Source of the DNA: an uncultured Alphaproteobacteria bacterium
GTDB lineage: Bacteria; Pseudomonadota; Alphaproteobacteria; RF32; CAG-239
Reading direction: 5' to 3'
NCBI GenBank assembly: GCA_949297145.1
Contig: CASFQO010000013.1
Location: 18,768-82,767, forward strand
DNA length: 64,000 bases
Shown here: piece by piece, positions 1 through 9,180 of the stretch
How the letters are laid out: the number at the start of each line of letters is the position of its first letter
How positions within the stretch are numbered: position 1 is the stretch's first letter
Notes under the pieces: model-generated
Databases searched by the model: none
Told to the model about the DNA's origin: nothing
Seen by the model: the letters and a program-made list of their open reading frames with translations, nothing else
Program-made: the position numbers and the translations under genes

Positions 1-336
1 TATTCGGTTATCTTTCTTGGCGTATTCTTTTAAAATTTCCAAAGAGTTATCTGTTGAGCCATCATCAACGCAGATGATTTCTATTTCTTTTAAGGTTTGA
101 TTGACAACACTATCCAAACATTCCCTTAAATACTCCTCTACATTATATACAGGGATGATGACACTAACTTTCGGTGTGTAATTTATCTTGTTTTGAATCA
201 AAATCTTAGCTTCAGTATCCGGCTCACCTTCGGCATTTTTCACCGTTATCATCTGTTCAGCTTGTTTTTTTAATTTATTTTCTGCTTTAGCTAATTTTGA
301 TGCTTTGATGCCTTGCTTATTCTTCTGCTTTTTCAT
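1..336 (-). CDS. Family-2 glycosyltransferase, N-terminal part only (gene runs off the left edge)
   Basis: Absent from the ORF track because there is no stop in the window. Hand translation of the minus strand from ATG 336-334 gives MKKQKNKQGIKASKLAKAENKLKKQAEQMITVKN...PKVSVIIPVYNVEEYLRECLDSVVNQTLKEIEIICVDDGSTDNSLEILKEY, which is the GT2 signature VSVIIPxYN...DDGSTD. Confidence 0.8.
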   Translation of the reverse strand, partial: MKKQKNKQGIKASKLAKAENKLKKQAEQMITVKNAEGEPDTEAKILIQNKINYTPKVSVIIPVYNVEEYLRECLDSVVNQTLKEIEIICVDDGSTDNSLEILKEYAKKDNRI

Positions 337-367
337 GTCAAATCTTCCTAATTCTGCTTTAATGGGA

Positions 368-1663
368 TTATTTCATTTGTTGTTCTAATGCTTTGATTTC
401 GGCCTTGAGGCGGTCGCATTCTTCTTGTAATCGTATCGGATATTCCAATGCATAACGCAATTTTCCATACCAACTCATTTCTTCTATCTTCGGTTGGTTT
501 ATCTCTCCGCTCACACTGCTGTAATATCTGCCTTCTCTTTGTCCGTTGATGATATAGTGAACGAGTGGGCATATCCCCTTCTCTGCTACTTCCGGATAAT
601 CACTCAAATATTGGTTGCCATCAAATTTCGGACTGGGGTTGCGACCTTCTTTCCACCCATATTTCACATAGTGCTTAGCTGCTCCCAACTTTTTCTCTTT
701 CACATCCGGATTAACCGCAAGATACCACTTTGTATCAAACAAATCCGACGCTTTCACCAATTCTATCTGGCGTTTTTGATTATACTTTTCTTTGCTTATC
801 AGGTGAAACAGCCTGATAAACTTTAATATTGCTAATTTCATGCTTATTTCCTTTTCTTGTTTGTTTTTTATTCCTAATATTTTATAAAACTGTGTTTGAA
901 ACTGCTTATCTTTGGGGTAATCACTCAAACTTCTTATTAAAAATCTCTCATATTCATATAGTGCATTGTCTGTCAGAGTTTGCGCATCTCTCAACGCTAT
1001 TGCCTTTTGCAATACTTCTAAAATATCTTTTTTGCGCTTGGTTTGTTTGGCCTCATCCTTACCGATTGAATCTTCTTGGATGGTGTACTCGTAATTCGAC
1101 GAGGCGGTTAAAACAATGTTATTTGTCTGCAAAAACGCCTGCAGAACAAATAAGTTGTCTGCCGTATATAAACCTTCCGTAAAGCTGATATGTTTTGTAT
1201 CCAGATATTCTTTTTTATATAGTTTATCCCAAATCGCCCCGTTTTTCAGAACCTTAAACTTATCTGATTGATTTTGTATTTTCTGGAGCCGATGAGGGAT
1301 ATTATTGTATAGGCCGTATACAATATCGGCGTTTTCTGTTTTTGCTTGCTCATATAAACTTTCAAAATAATCTACCGGTATTTTATCGTCACAATCAAAA
1401 AAGCCTATATATTCTCCCTTGGCTTGTGCTAAGCCGATGTTTCTTGCGTGGTATGGCCCCTTATTTTCCGGACTTTTTATAATTTGAAAGCTATTATCGC
1501 CTTTGGTCTTTGCCAGCAGATATTCATACGTTTTATCACTTGAGCCATCATCAATGATAATAAACTCTATTTCTTTTAATGTTTGGGATTGCAGATTATC
1601 TAACAGATTTTCAACCCATTGTTCTCGATTGTATATCGGAGATATCACACTAACTTTTATCAT
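368..1663 (-). CDS. Family-2 glycosyltransferase with C-terminal extension
   Basis: 431-aa ORF. The N-terminus KVSVISPIYNREQWVENLLDNLQSQTLKEIEFIIIDDGSSD plus FFDCDD is GT2. The C-terminus has FDxxWYLxxNPDV...HYxxxGWKEGRNP-type repeats and a coiled-coil tail. The start overlaps the upstream gene by 14 nt, consistent with an operon. Confidence 0.85.
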   Translation of the reverse strand: MIKVSVISPIYNREQWVENLLDNLQSQTLKEIEFIIIDDGSSDKTYEYLLAKTKGDNSFQIIKSPENKGPYHARNIGLAQAKGEYIGFFDCDDKIPVDYFESLYEQAKTENADIVYGLYNNIPHRLQKIQNQSDKFKVLKNGAIWDKLYKKEYLDTKHISFTEGLYTADNLFVLQAFLQTNNIVLTASSNYEYTIQEDSIGKDEAKQTKRKKDILEVLQKAIALRDAQTLTDNALYEYERFLIRSLSDYPKDKQFQTQFYKILGIKNKQEKEISMKLAILKFIRLFHLISKEKYNQKRQIELVKASDLFDTKWYLAVNPDVKEKKLGAAKHYVKYGWKEGRNPSPKFDGNQYLSDYPEVAEKGICPLVHYIINGQREGRYYSSVSGEINQPKIEEMSWYGKLRYALEYPIRLQEECDRLKAEIKALEQQMK

Positions 1664-3452
1664 GCGCTATCTCCTTCGCATAAACAGGTATTTTACAGAT
1701 TTTAATGATTGTTTTGCCGGATTTGGTTTGCTTCTTCTGATAGAAAAAACGCTTAATGTAAAAATCCGCAATTTTGTAGATTAATTCACTAGTACTGGGC
1801 AAAATATTCTTTAACTTACGATTTATACGTATTGCCGCCCATCTTGCTCGTAGCAGTTTACCTTCTAAACTATAAGGTACTTCCTCAAATACTTTTTTCT
1901 TGATAATAGGAGAGCCTTGCTTAATTAAACTATGAGGGTATAATGTCAGATTACTATTTTTTCTTAAGCGATTATTACTCTCTATGCTCACATTCAAACC
2001 ACTTTCACTCTTAAAACCTTCTTTATATAGTAATTGACTTAATTGTACCTCATAATTTTCAATAACATCACGCACTTTCTTTTGTGGTTTTACCGAGGCT
2101 AAAAAGTTTTCAAATACTTTAGCCTTAAAGACTTGCGGACGGAAAACCATAAAATAACTTTGAATGTGTCGGGCAATTTCTATATTTTCGGTTATCCCCC
2201 AAAAATCTATCTGCTCATTTTGCATTTTATCAAATATTGGCTTAAACGGATGTATTGGTGCATAACAGCTGTCATTACACAAAATCAGCTCATCTATATC
2301 ATCTAATAGTCCATGCTCTTTGGCATACATAAAACCTCGTTTATAGGAACCAAAGTCATACTCTCCATGCTTTTCTGCTTTGATATAGTTGACTTCTTTG
2401 GAAATTTTTTCGGCTTCTCCGGCTATTAACTCATTATCTGCAATATAAATGATGTTATCGGCAATCTCTTGTAAAGCTCGGATATAGTAAATATCAGCTT
2501 TATCTACAAAGCCATCCGCATCGTATGCAGCATAGACGGCTAGTCTTCTCTTTTGGCTTGGATTTTTCTGAAATTCTTGTTCAATTTTGTGCGTTGGCAA
2601 AATCTCTTTACTCTGCCAAACTGGAATTTTACAAATCTTGATAATTTTTTTGCCATTTTTGGTGATTTTCTTCTGTACAGCAAAGCGCTTAACACTTGCC
2701 CACAATCTTGAGAACTGGTATTGCTTATATGTTACTCCTCTTATTTCATATCCTTGCGCGAGAACAGCAACTCCAAATAAACGCTCCAAACAGTGAGCCA
2801 GCATATAGTCATGAACTTTGCTCTGAACTTTTTCAAAATCTGTTATACGATAAGCTAAAAACGGTTTCATTAACTGAGCTCTTACCATAAACATTGTTCC
2901 GGCTATAAATGATATGGTATTAATATTGGGCAATAATATTTTTTGAGCCTCTTGATTAATACGCTTTTCCAGCATTTTATACGTCCATTCTTCATCGGTT
3001 AGGCTGAAGGAACTGCCGACCATACCAATTTGAGGATTTTCTGATAAAATGCTATAATTGTTTTTGACAACATCCAAACTACCTAGTAAAGCATCCCAAA
3101 GCATATTTGCCCAAGTTTTAGAATCTATACGCACTCCGTTAAAACAACCATAATCTCCGCCCTTTTTATTCTTGGTATGAACTTTGAGGATATAGGCATA
3201 GCTATCCAAATTGATTTTATGCAAGAAGTCTATAAACGGACCGATGTCATAACCGCGATTTTCAACTTGCCAGATAGTAGCTTTCGGAAAAGCTTGTTTT
3301 ATCTTAGTTTCTGCCTCCTCATCTTTTGCGGTCATTGTTACATATAAATCATAATCAATGCCGGCTTTATCCAGATTTTGCAGTTTGGAGATTATCTCGT
3401 GCAGTTGGTCCATATAGTATAAATGCAAATGTAGCGCTGTTTTCATCATCAC
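1650..3452 (-). CDS. Rhamnan-synthesis protein F (RgpF)-like polysaccharide biosynthesis protein
   Basis: 600-aa ORF. It has HLHLYYMDQL...DLYVT...NRGYDIGPF in the first half and AVYAAYDADG...ILCNDSCYAP...FWGIT...SYFMVFRPQVF in the second half, as I remember for the RgpF family. Both halves end in a near-identical KK(I/Q)TK(N/S)GK(K/T)IIKICKIPV(W/Y) motif. Confidence 0.7.
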   Translation of the reverse strand: MMMKTALHLHLYYMDQLHEIISKLQNLDKAGIDYDLYVTMTAKDEEAETKIKQAFPKATIWQVENRGYDIGPFIDFLHKINLDSYAYILKVHTKNKKGGDYGCFNGVRIDSKTWANMLWDALLGSLDVVKNNYSILSENPQIGMVGSSFSLTDEEWTYKMLEKRINQEAQKILLPNINTISFIAGTMFMVRAQLMKPFLAYRITDFEKVQSKVHDYMLAHCLERLFGVAVLAQGYEIRGVTYKQYQFSRLWASVKRFAVQKKITKNGKKIIKICKIPVWQSKEILPTHKIEQEFQKNPSQKRRLAVYAAYDADGFVDKADIYYIRALQEIADNIIYIADNELIAGEAEKISKEVNYIKAEKHGEYDFGSYKRGFMYAKEHGLLDDIDELILCNDSCYAPIHPFKPIFDKMQNEQIDFWGITENIEIARHIQSYFMVFRPQVFKAKVFENFLASVKPQKKVRDVIENYEVQLSQLLYKEGFKSESGLNVSIESNNRLRKNSNLTLYPHSLIKQGSPIIKKKVFEEVPYSLEGKLLRARWAAIRINRKLKNILPSTSELIYKIADFYIKRFFYQKKQTKSGKTIIKICKIPVYAKEIAHDKS

Positions 3453-4466
3453 CTACCCACGCCAATGTAACGCTAAATTGCAGGTTTTTAGCAGCAGATT
3501 GTTTTCTATCGGTAGCTTTGTCTTTTTCAGTAATTTTGATGAATTAACGCCACCGAACACAATAGCGTTTAAGCATCTTTTCACCAAATACCTGCCGCAT
3601 ACTTGGCTAAATTTTTGAGCAGGAACAAAAGGATGTTTTTGATTTGTCTCGTTGATTTTACTTAAAACTTGCTCTATCGCTTCTAAGGTTTGGATATCCT
3701 TGATATGACATTTTCCTTTGGTGACGTATTTATCAAAAATTTCCTTTTCCTCTTCTGTCAGCTCAATCCCCGCACATTCAAACCAATGCGTATGAAAATC
3801 ACATTGTTCCGCAAATATCTCCGGCTTCATCTTTTTAGAGACCATATCTTTATGGAAGCGATAGCGATACAAAACTTCTGACATATTCGCTAACTTCGCA
3901 TATTCGCCGATATCATAATAAAACTTACGGTCATTCAAACTCACATATTCTTCTTTGTAGCGGATATGGTGTTCCTCAACCAAGCTGCGACGATACATAG
4001 TGGTCGGGTGATGGATGCTTGATTTAAACAGTAACAAAGCCCTGATTTCCGCATCGTCTTTCGGGTTTTCTATGGTCTTAAAGCGATTGATTTCACCAAA
4101 TTTTTTATATGCTGTTCCAACTAATCCGACTTCCGGATGATTTTCAAGATAAGCTACTTGTTTCTCAAGACGTTGCGGTTGAGAGATATCATCATGATTC
4201 ATCACCGCAATAAATTCCCCTTTAGCCAAGTCCAATAAGCGATTGTAGCTCTTGGCCACACCTTGAGTTTGCTCATTTTCAAAATATCGGATACGGGCAT
4301 CTTGATAGGAGGATACGATTTCTTTTATATGCAAATTTTCAGGACTATCGTTTAGGATGATAAATTCATAATCCTCAAAACTTTGCGTCAAAATACTTGT
4401 AATCGCTTGCCTTAAATACTCGTCCTTTGTATTATATACAGGCATTATAACACTGACTTTAGGCAA
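3453..4466 (-). CDS. Family-2 glycosyltransferase
   Basis: 337-aa ORF with PKVSVIMPVYNTKDEYLRQAITSILTQSFEDYEFIILNDSP and MNHDD (DxD-like). It directly abuts the downstream gene (3452/3453). Confidence 0.88.
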   Translation of the reverse strand: MPKVSVIMPVYNTKDEYLRQAITSILTQSFEDYEFIILNDSPENLHIKEIVSSYQDARIRYFENEQTQGVAKSYNRLLDLAKGEFIAVMNHDDISQPQRLEKQVAYLENHPEVGLVGTAYKKFGEINRFKTIENPKDDAEIRALLLFKSSIHHPTTMYRRSLVEEHHIRYKEEYVSLNDRKFYYDIGEYAKLANMSEVLYRYRFHKDMVSKKMKPEIFAEQCDFHTHWFECAGIELTEEEKEIFDKYVTKGKCHIKDIQTLEAIEQVLSKINETNQKHPFVPAQKFSQVCGRYLVKRCLNAIVFGGVNSSKLLKKTKLPIENNLLLKTCNLALHWRG

Positions 4467-4761
4467 GATGTCTCTCCTTGTTTTTGTAAACCAGTACGAT
4501 AGAATCTATAATTGTTTGTTTAAATTTAACGATATTTCGCAGGTATCGTGATAAAATTTTCGCTTTTACGTGAGCATATAAAATGTCTATACAAGCACGC
4601 TTTGTATTGATTTCCTTATCTCTTGCAAGAAAGTAAATAGCATTTAAATAGCTGATTTTAATTGCATTTTTTATATTTTTCCGAATACAACTTCTATGCA
4701 TATCCCATCCATGTAGCTTAATAGACATTTTGTTTAATAAACTAACTTCTATTTTTAACAT
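4459..4761 (-). CDS. Hypothetical small basic protein (doubtful)
   Basis: 100-aa ORF overlapping the GT2 start by 8 nt. No recognisable motif. It is very AT-rich with no clear RBS and could be non-coding leader sequence. Confidence 0.25.
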   Translation of the reverse strand: MLKIEVSLLNKMSIKLHGWDMHRSCIRKNIKNAIKISYLNAIYFLARDKEINTKRACIDILYAHVKAKILSRYLRNIVKFKQTIIDSIVLVYKNKERHLA

Positions 4762-5060
4762 TAAGTAGAGGTATCATAGCAACAATTTTTATATTTTCAA
4801 GATAAATGTTTACGCTTTACATTCTTCGGCTGATATGATTTTTTTCGTTTTTATAGGGATTTAAAAAGTTCTATTTATGGCAATAGACCTCTTTTATGGT
4901 ATTTTGGAGACATATCTGTCTCTCGCACTTTTAACACAACAAAATCGTGTAATATCAATTTCTTGACTTACAAGTTTCATCTCAAAGACAAATTATAAAC
5001 ACCAAGATGCCATAACACGGTATATCTAAACAGAAAATAATCGTAGCTTTTTATATGCAC

Positions 5061-5678
5061 TTAAAGATTATCTTTATTATCCGGTTGTTGTCCATCATGT
5101 GCTTTCCATTGGCACGGTTGTATTTCCATATTTGTAAATGTTGCCGTAAATGATGATTCTTCCGGACTGCAGGCATAAATTCCAAATGAAATCTTATCGG
5201 TTGCCTTATGCAAATGGCAAATTCTCATTTGCTTAAAATGTTTTCCATCCGACGAGTTCTCAATGCAAAAATCATTATTTCTCCGGCTTAAGCGGTACCA
5301 CATGGATTTAATTCCGGCTGCAATCTCGGTTGTGGCCCAATCTGAGTATCCGCCATTGGTTACCACACTGCCTAAATGCTGCATTTGCTCATTTTCATAT
5401 TCTATGGAGGCTTTTAGCCAATTTTCACTATCTAAATAAACAACTACTCCGCACTGGTCAAAGCGATGTTTGCTCGCAAATTCGGTCTTCACCACAAAAG
5501 AAAAAAAATTTTCGTCCGTTTCTTGTTGCAAAACCGGCGCATTATCATTTTGAAAGTTGTAATATGTCCTCTGCCATAAATCCGTATGTGGAAGTGTGGT
5601 TATTTCTATTTTCTGGTCAGAAACAGTGTATTGTTGCGGTTCTCTTATCCAAAACAGCTTATCTGATACAAATTGCAT
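5061..5678 (-). CDS. DUF1349-like (concanavalin-A-like lectin/glucanase fold) protein
   Basis: 205-aa ORF. LPHTDLWQRTYYNF...FDQCGVVVYLDSENWLKASIEYE...SVVTNGGYSDWA...MWYRLSRR matches my memory of the DUF1349 family. Confidence 0.6.
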   Translation of the reverse strand: MQFVSDKLFWIREPQQYTVSDQKIEITTLPHTDLWQRTYYNFQNDNAPVLQQETDENFFSFVVKTEFASKHRFDQCGVVVYLDSENWLKASIEYENEQMQHLGSVVTNGGYSDWATTEIAAGIKSMWYRLSRRNNDFCIENSSDGKHFKQMRICHLHKATDKISFGIYACSPEESSFTATFTNMEIQPCQWKAHDGQQPDNKDNL

Positions 5679-5835
5679 TTTAGCCTCTTTTCTTTAATAA
5701 TTTATATGGAGATTACCGCATATTCTTTAATTTTATCCTAATTCCAGAGCCATCTCTCTTTATTCCCAAATTTCCATTTAGCTATAAAATTATCTTGCTG
5801 TATCAAAAATATTTGCTAATTTTTTAAATAAATCC

Positions 5836-5866
5836 TTGACTTAGAGTACACTCTAAAGGTTACGAT
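5836..5866 (+). promoter_or_regulatory. MerR-style promoter/operator: TTGACT-19 bp-TACGAT with dyad TTAGAGT-AC-ACTCTAA in the spacer
   Basis: Read directly: cTTGACTtagagtacactctaaaggtTACGAT, 34 nt upstream of ATG 5900 (RBS AAGGAG at 5886-5891). A near-identical copy lies at 22950-22981 on the minus strand. Confidence 0.55.
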
Positions 5867-5899
5867 AAGCTGAAAATTGATTTTTAAGGAGTTGAAAAT

Positions 5900-8353
5900 A
5901 TGTTCGGATGCGCCGTTACCACTTCTTTTTTGGGAAGTCTTGCCGCTTTATTGCTCTTTTGCAGATATTGCGCATTTGCTTCTGTCGGTATGGGGTGGAA
6001 AATAACTTTCTTTATCTTATTTATGTTGATTGCTTGCTTACCGATGTTGGCGGAATATAACTTTGAAGAATATTTAGGCAAATATTATGTTGCCTATCGT
6101 TATGTGCTTTATTTCCTATTTATCACCATGGTGATATTGTTTAGTTTGACGGTTGTACGCGATATTATTTGGGGGATTTTGAGAATCTTTTCTACCGAGT
6201 TTAAGCCCCTTGCCTCACCTCACTTAAATGTTATTAACGTCATCACGATTGTTTTGGCTTTTGTTATCGGCGGGTTTTCTCTTTATGACGGCATGAAAGT
6301 TCCCGCTACAAAATATATCAGTGTTAGCGATCCCAAAATTTTACAAGATAAAAAAATTGTTTTGTTACCGGATTTACATCTGCACCGCGCCTTAATGCCG
6401 GCTAAGCTGCAGGGAATTGTGGCGCAAACCAATGCGCAAAATCCGGATGTTATTTTGCTTATCGGGGATATGATTGACGATGATATTTCTCGGGTTTCGG
6501 AACAATTGAAAATTTTAGGGGGATTAAAAGCTAAATACGGCGTTTATTTTGTTTCCGGAAACCATGAATTTTATCACGATTTTAACAAAACCTCTCAGGC
6601 GCTTCAAAACTTAGGTTTTAAACTTTTAGAAAATGACGGCGTGCAGATTACAGAAGATTTGTATTTGGGAGGCGTTCCCGATATTCACTCTCAATCTTTA
6701 AGTCATAAAAAGCCGGATTTGGATAAAACTTTTGCAAAGGCTTTGCCTCAGCAATATAAAATTTTGATGTCTCATACCCCGGCAAATTTTGAAAAAACAC
6801 CTTTTGATTTGGAAGTTTCCGGTCATACACACGGTGGACAAATCTTTCCGTTTGTCTTTTTTATTTATGCGCATGCTCCTTATGTTGCCGGCTGGTATGA
6901 CTTAAACGAGACGGCTAAACTTTATGTTTCGCGTGGAGCCGGACAATGGGGACCGCAAATGCGCTTTTTGGCACCGGCTGAAATTGCGGTTTTGACGTTG
7001 AAAGCAGGAAATTCTGCGGCTGAAAACAAAACTTCAGCTACTTCTGACCACCAAAAACCTAAGGCTAAGGTCCATTTTACCTCTGAATTGACACCGGAAG
7101 CTTTGGTCAACATCTACAACAAGGTTAACCAAAATATCTCGGGTAAAGTTGCGATTAAATGGCACTCCGGCGAGCCGCACGGACCGAATATTCTCCCTAT
7201 CCCTATGGTGAAAGCCTTGCAAGAATCTATACCGAACAGTAATTTGGTGGAAACAAATACCCTCTATGAAGGGGGACGCCATACGACCGAAAAACATCGT
7301 GAGACCTTGAAAATCAACGGTTGGGATTTTTGTAAAGTGGATATTATGGATGAATTCGGAACGGTGATGCTGCCGGTTAAAGGCGGAAAGCACTTTAAGG
7401 AAATGTCTATGGGAAAAGGCATTTTAGATTATGATTCCATGGTGGTGCTTACTCATTTTAAGGGGCATCCGATGGGTGGTTTCGGCGGTTCTATTAAAAA
7501 TATCGCCATCGGCAATGCGGACGGCAAAATCGGTAAGGCTATGGTGCATGGGGCTGATAAATTTAGTCTTTGGAACGCAACACAATCTCTGCTCATGGAA
7601 AATATGGTTGAATCGGCAAAGGCTACTTTGGATCATTTTGGTCCGAAAATTACTTATATCAATGTGTTAAGAAATATGTCTGTTGATTGCGACTGTATGG
7701 GGACGGCCGCCGCTAAAGTTAAAATCCGTGATTTGGGGATTTTGGCCTCTACCGATATCGTGGCCTTGGATCAGGCTTCTATTGATTTATTAATGAAGCA
7801 GCCTGAAACCGAACTTCATGACATCAAAGAGCGTATTTTAAGTCGTGAAGGATTGCATCAGTTGGATTATGCCGAACAAATGGGCTTGGGAACTCGTGAC
7901 TATGTGTTGATTAACCTTGATTCTTCTCCATCCGGTTATGAGCAAGCTCTCCAAAAAATTAAAAATAACGATGCTTCCGCTGTCTTAGTTAAGGATAACC
8001 TTATGGTGGCACAAGGGCATGGAAAAGGTATTAGACCATTGATGGATCTTCATGATAAGTGGCCGGAACTTTTAGAAGATGCTTCCTTAATTGATAAAGT
8101 TATCGGAAGAGCGGCGGCTTTTATTGCCATTGATGGAAAAGCGCGGACGGTTTATGGTGAATTGATGAGCCAGGAAGCCTTTGATTTGCTCCAAAAGAAT
8201 CATATTCCTGCAACTTATGGAAAATTGGTGCCGCAAATCTTAAATCGCCACAAAGATGGTCTATGTCCGATGGAAGAAACCGTTGCGCATACGGATAATC
8301 CGAAAAAAGCTGTTGAACTTTTAAAACAAAAGATGGAAACTTTGGGACTATAA
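5900..8353 (+). CDS. Membrane-anchored metallophosphoesterase fused to DUF362-like and DUF1893-like domains
   Basis: Single 817-aa ORF with RBS AAGGAG. Four N-terminal TM segments, then calcineurin-like motifs (LLPDLHLH, LIGDMIDD, VSGNHE, VSGHTHGGQ). A low-complexity linker is followed by a DUF362-like region (KWHSGEPHGPN...LTHFKGHPMGGFGGSIKNIAIG...VDCDCMG). The C-terminus is DUF1893-like (VIGRAAAFIAI...CPMEE). Confidence 0.75.
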   Translation: MFGCAVTTSFLGSLAALLLFCRYCAFASVGMGWKITFFILFMLIACLPMLAEYNFEEYLGKYYVAYRYVLYFLFITMVILFSLTVVRDIIWGILRIFSTEFKPLASPHLNVINVITIVLAFVIGGFSLYDGMKVPATKYISVSDPKILQDKKIVLLPDLHLHRALMPAKLQGIVAQTNAQNPDVILLIGDMIDDDISRVSEQLKILGGLKAKYGVYFVSGNHEFYHDFNKTSQALQNLGFKLLENDGVQITEDLYLGGVPDIHSQSLSHKKPDLDKTFAKALPQQYKILMSHTPANFEKTPFDLEVSGHTHGGQIFPFVFFIYAHAPYVAGWYDLNETAKLYVSRGAGQWGPQMRFLAPAEIAVLTLKAGNSAAENKTSATSDHQKPKAKVHFTSELTPEALVNIYNKVNQNISGKVAIKWHSGEPHGPNILPIPMVKALQESIPNSNLVETNTLYEGGRHTTEKHRETLKINGWDFCKVDIMDEFGTVMLPVKGGKHFKEMSMGKGILDYDSMVVLTHFKGHPMGGFGGSIKNIAIGNADGKIGKAMVHGADKFSLWNATQSLLMENMVESAKATLDHFGPKITYINVLRNMSVDCDCMGTAAAKVKIRDLGILASTDIVALDQASIDLLMKQPETELHDIKERILSREGLHQLDYAEQMGLGTRDYVLINLDSSPSGYEQALQKIKNNDASAVLVKDNLMVAQGHGKGIRPLMDLHDKWPELLEDASLIDKVIGRAAAFIAIDGKARTVYGELMSQEAFDLLQKNHIPATYGKLVPQILNRHKDGLCPMEETVAHTDNPKKAVELLKQKMETLGL

Positions 8354-8394
8354 TTGCATCTTAAAACATACTATATCTATTGAGGAGATTAGTG

Positions 8395-8955
8395 ATGAAA
8401 AAAAGTATAGTCTTGATTATTGTCCTTCTGTTGGCGGTTTTACTTATTGTTTGGGGAGTTTTGATGATGAAGTCACAAGATGATGCTTTTCAGGTTACAA
8501 GTACGGATATTCAACCGAATACGATGCTTAGTCCGGCCCAAGTTTATAATGCGCACGGATGCAGCGGGCAAAATATTTCTCCTGAATTATCTTGGAGTAA
8601 TGCTCCAACCGGCACAAAAAGTTTTGCGATTATCTGTCATGATCCGGATGCGCCGCGTGAGCATGGATGGTATCATTGGCTGGTTGTCAATATTCCCTCT
8701 CACGTGTCTGAAATTAAAACTGGCGGCAATATCCCTGGCGCCCTCTCTACGATGACAGATTTTAAGGAAAATGCTTATGGCGGGGCTTGCCCTCCGGTTG
8801 GGCATGGGGTTCATCATTATAATTTTACGGTGTATGCCTTGAATACGGAAAAGCTTGATGTTTCCGCCCAAACAGCACCAACCGAAGTGGAAAAAGTGGT
8901 TAAACAACATGCTTTGGCTCAAGCAACCTTGACCGGTTTGTATGAGCGCAAATAA
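8395..8955 (+). CDS. YbhB/YbcL-family PEBP (phosphatidylethanolamine-binding-like) periplasmic protein
   Basis: ATG 8395 is preceded by GAGGAG. Signal/TM sequence MKKSIVLIIVLLLAVLLIV, then CHDPDAP...GWYHWLVVNIP...GPCPPVGHGVHHYNFTVYAL. Confidence 0.85.
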   Translation: MKKSIVLIIVLLLAVLLIVWGVLMMKSQDDAFQVTSTDIQPNTMLSPAQVYNAHGCSGQNISPELSWSNAPTGTKSFAIICHDPDAPREHGWYHWLVVNIPSHVSEIKTGGNIPGALSTMTDFKENAYGGACPPVGHGVHHYNFTVYALNTEKLDVSAQTAPTEVEKVVKQHALAQATLTGLYERK

Positions 8956-8982
8956 CTTGTTTCTTTACCTTAAAAAATCCTA

Positions 8983-9009
8983 AGAGCCTCGTTGTAGGCT
9001 CTTTTTTTA
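8983..9009 (+). terminator. Rho-independent terminator
   Basis: AGAGCCT-cgttgt-AGGCTCT stem followed by T7. Confidence 0.75.
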
Positions 9010-9180
9010 TACCTTTATGGTAACTTTTGAGTTCTTTTCCAATTTTTTCGCTATTTACACTTTATAAAATTTGTGGTATTCTTGGTTAATAGTAGTTTTG
9101 GAGGAGATTTATTATGGAAAACGATACTAATCAAGCAGAAAACGCAGATTTTGATAATTTTGTTTGTTCATGATGAAACT

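Noticed and set aside
4906-4921. Hairpin GAGACA-tatc-TGTCTC in the 4762-5060 spacer
   Set aside because: It has no adjacent T or A run on either strand, and it is not positioned after a gene end. It is probably fortuitous.
9073-9180. GTG 9073 as the start of the KH-domain ORF
   Set aside because: The added 36 residues (VFLVNSSFGGDLLWKTILIKQKTQILIILFVH) are not protein-like. The strong RBS at 9100-9106 lies inside them and serves ATG 9114 in another frame.
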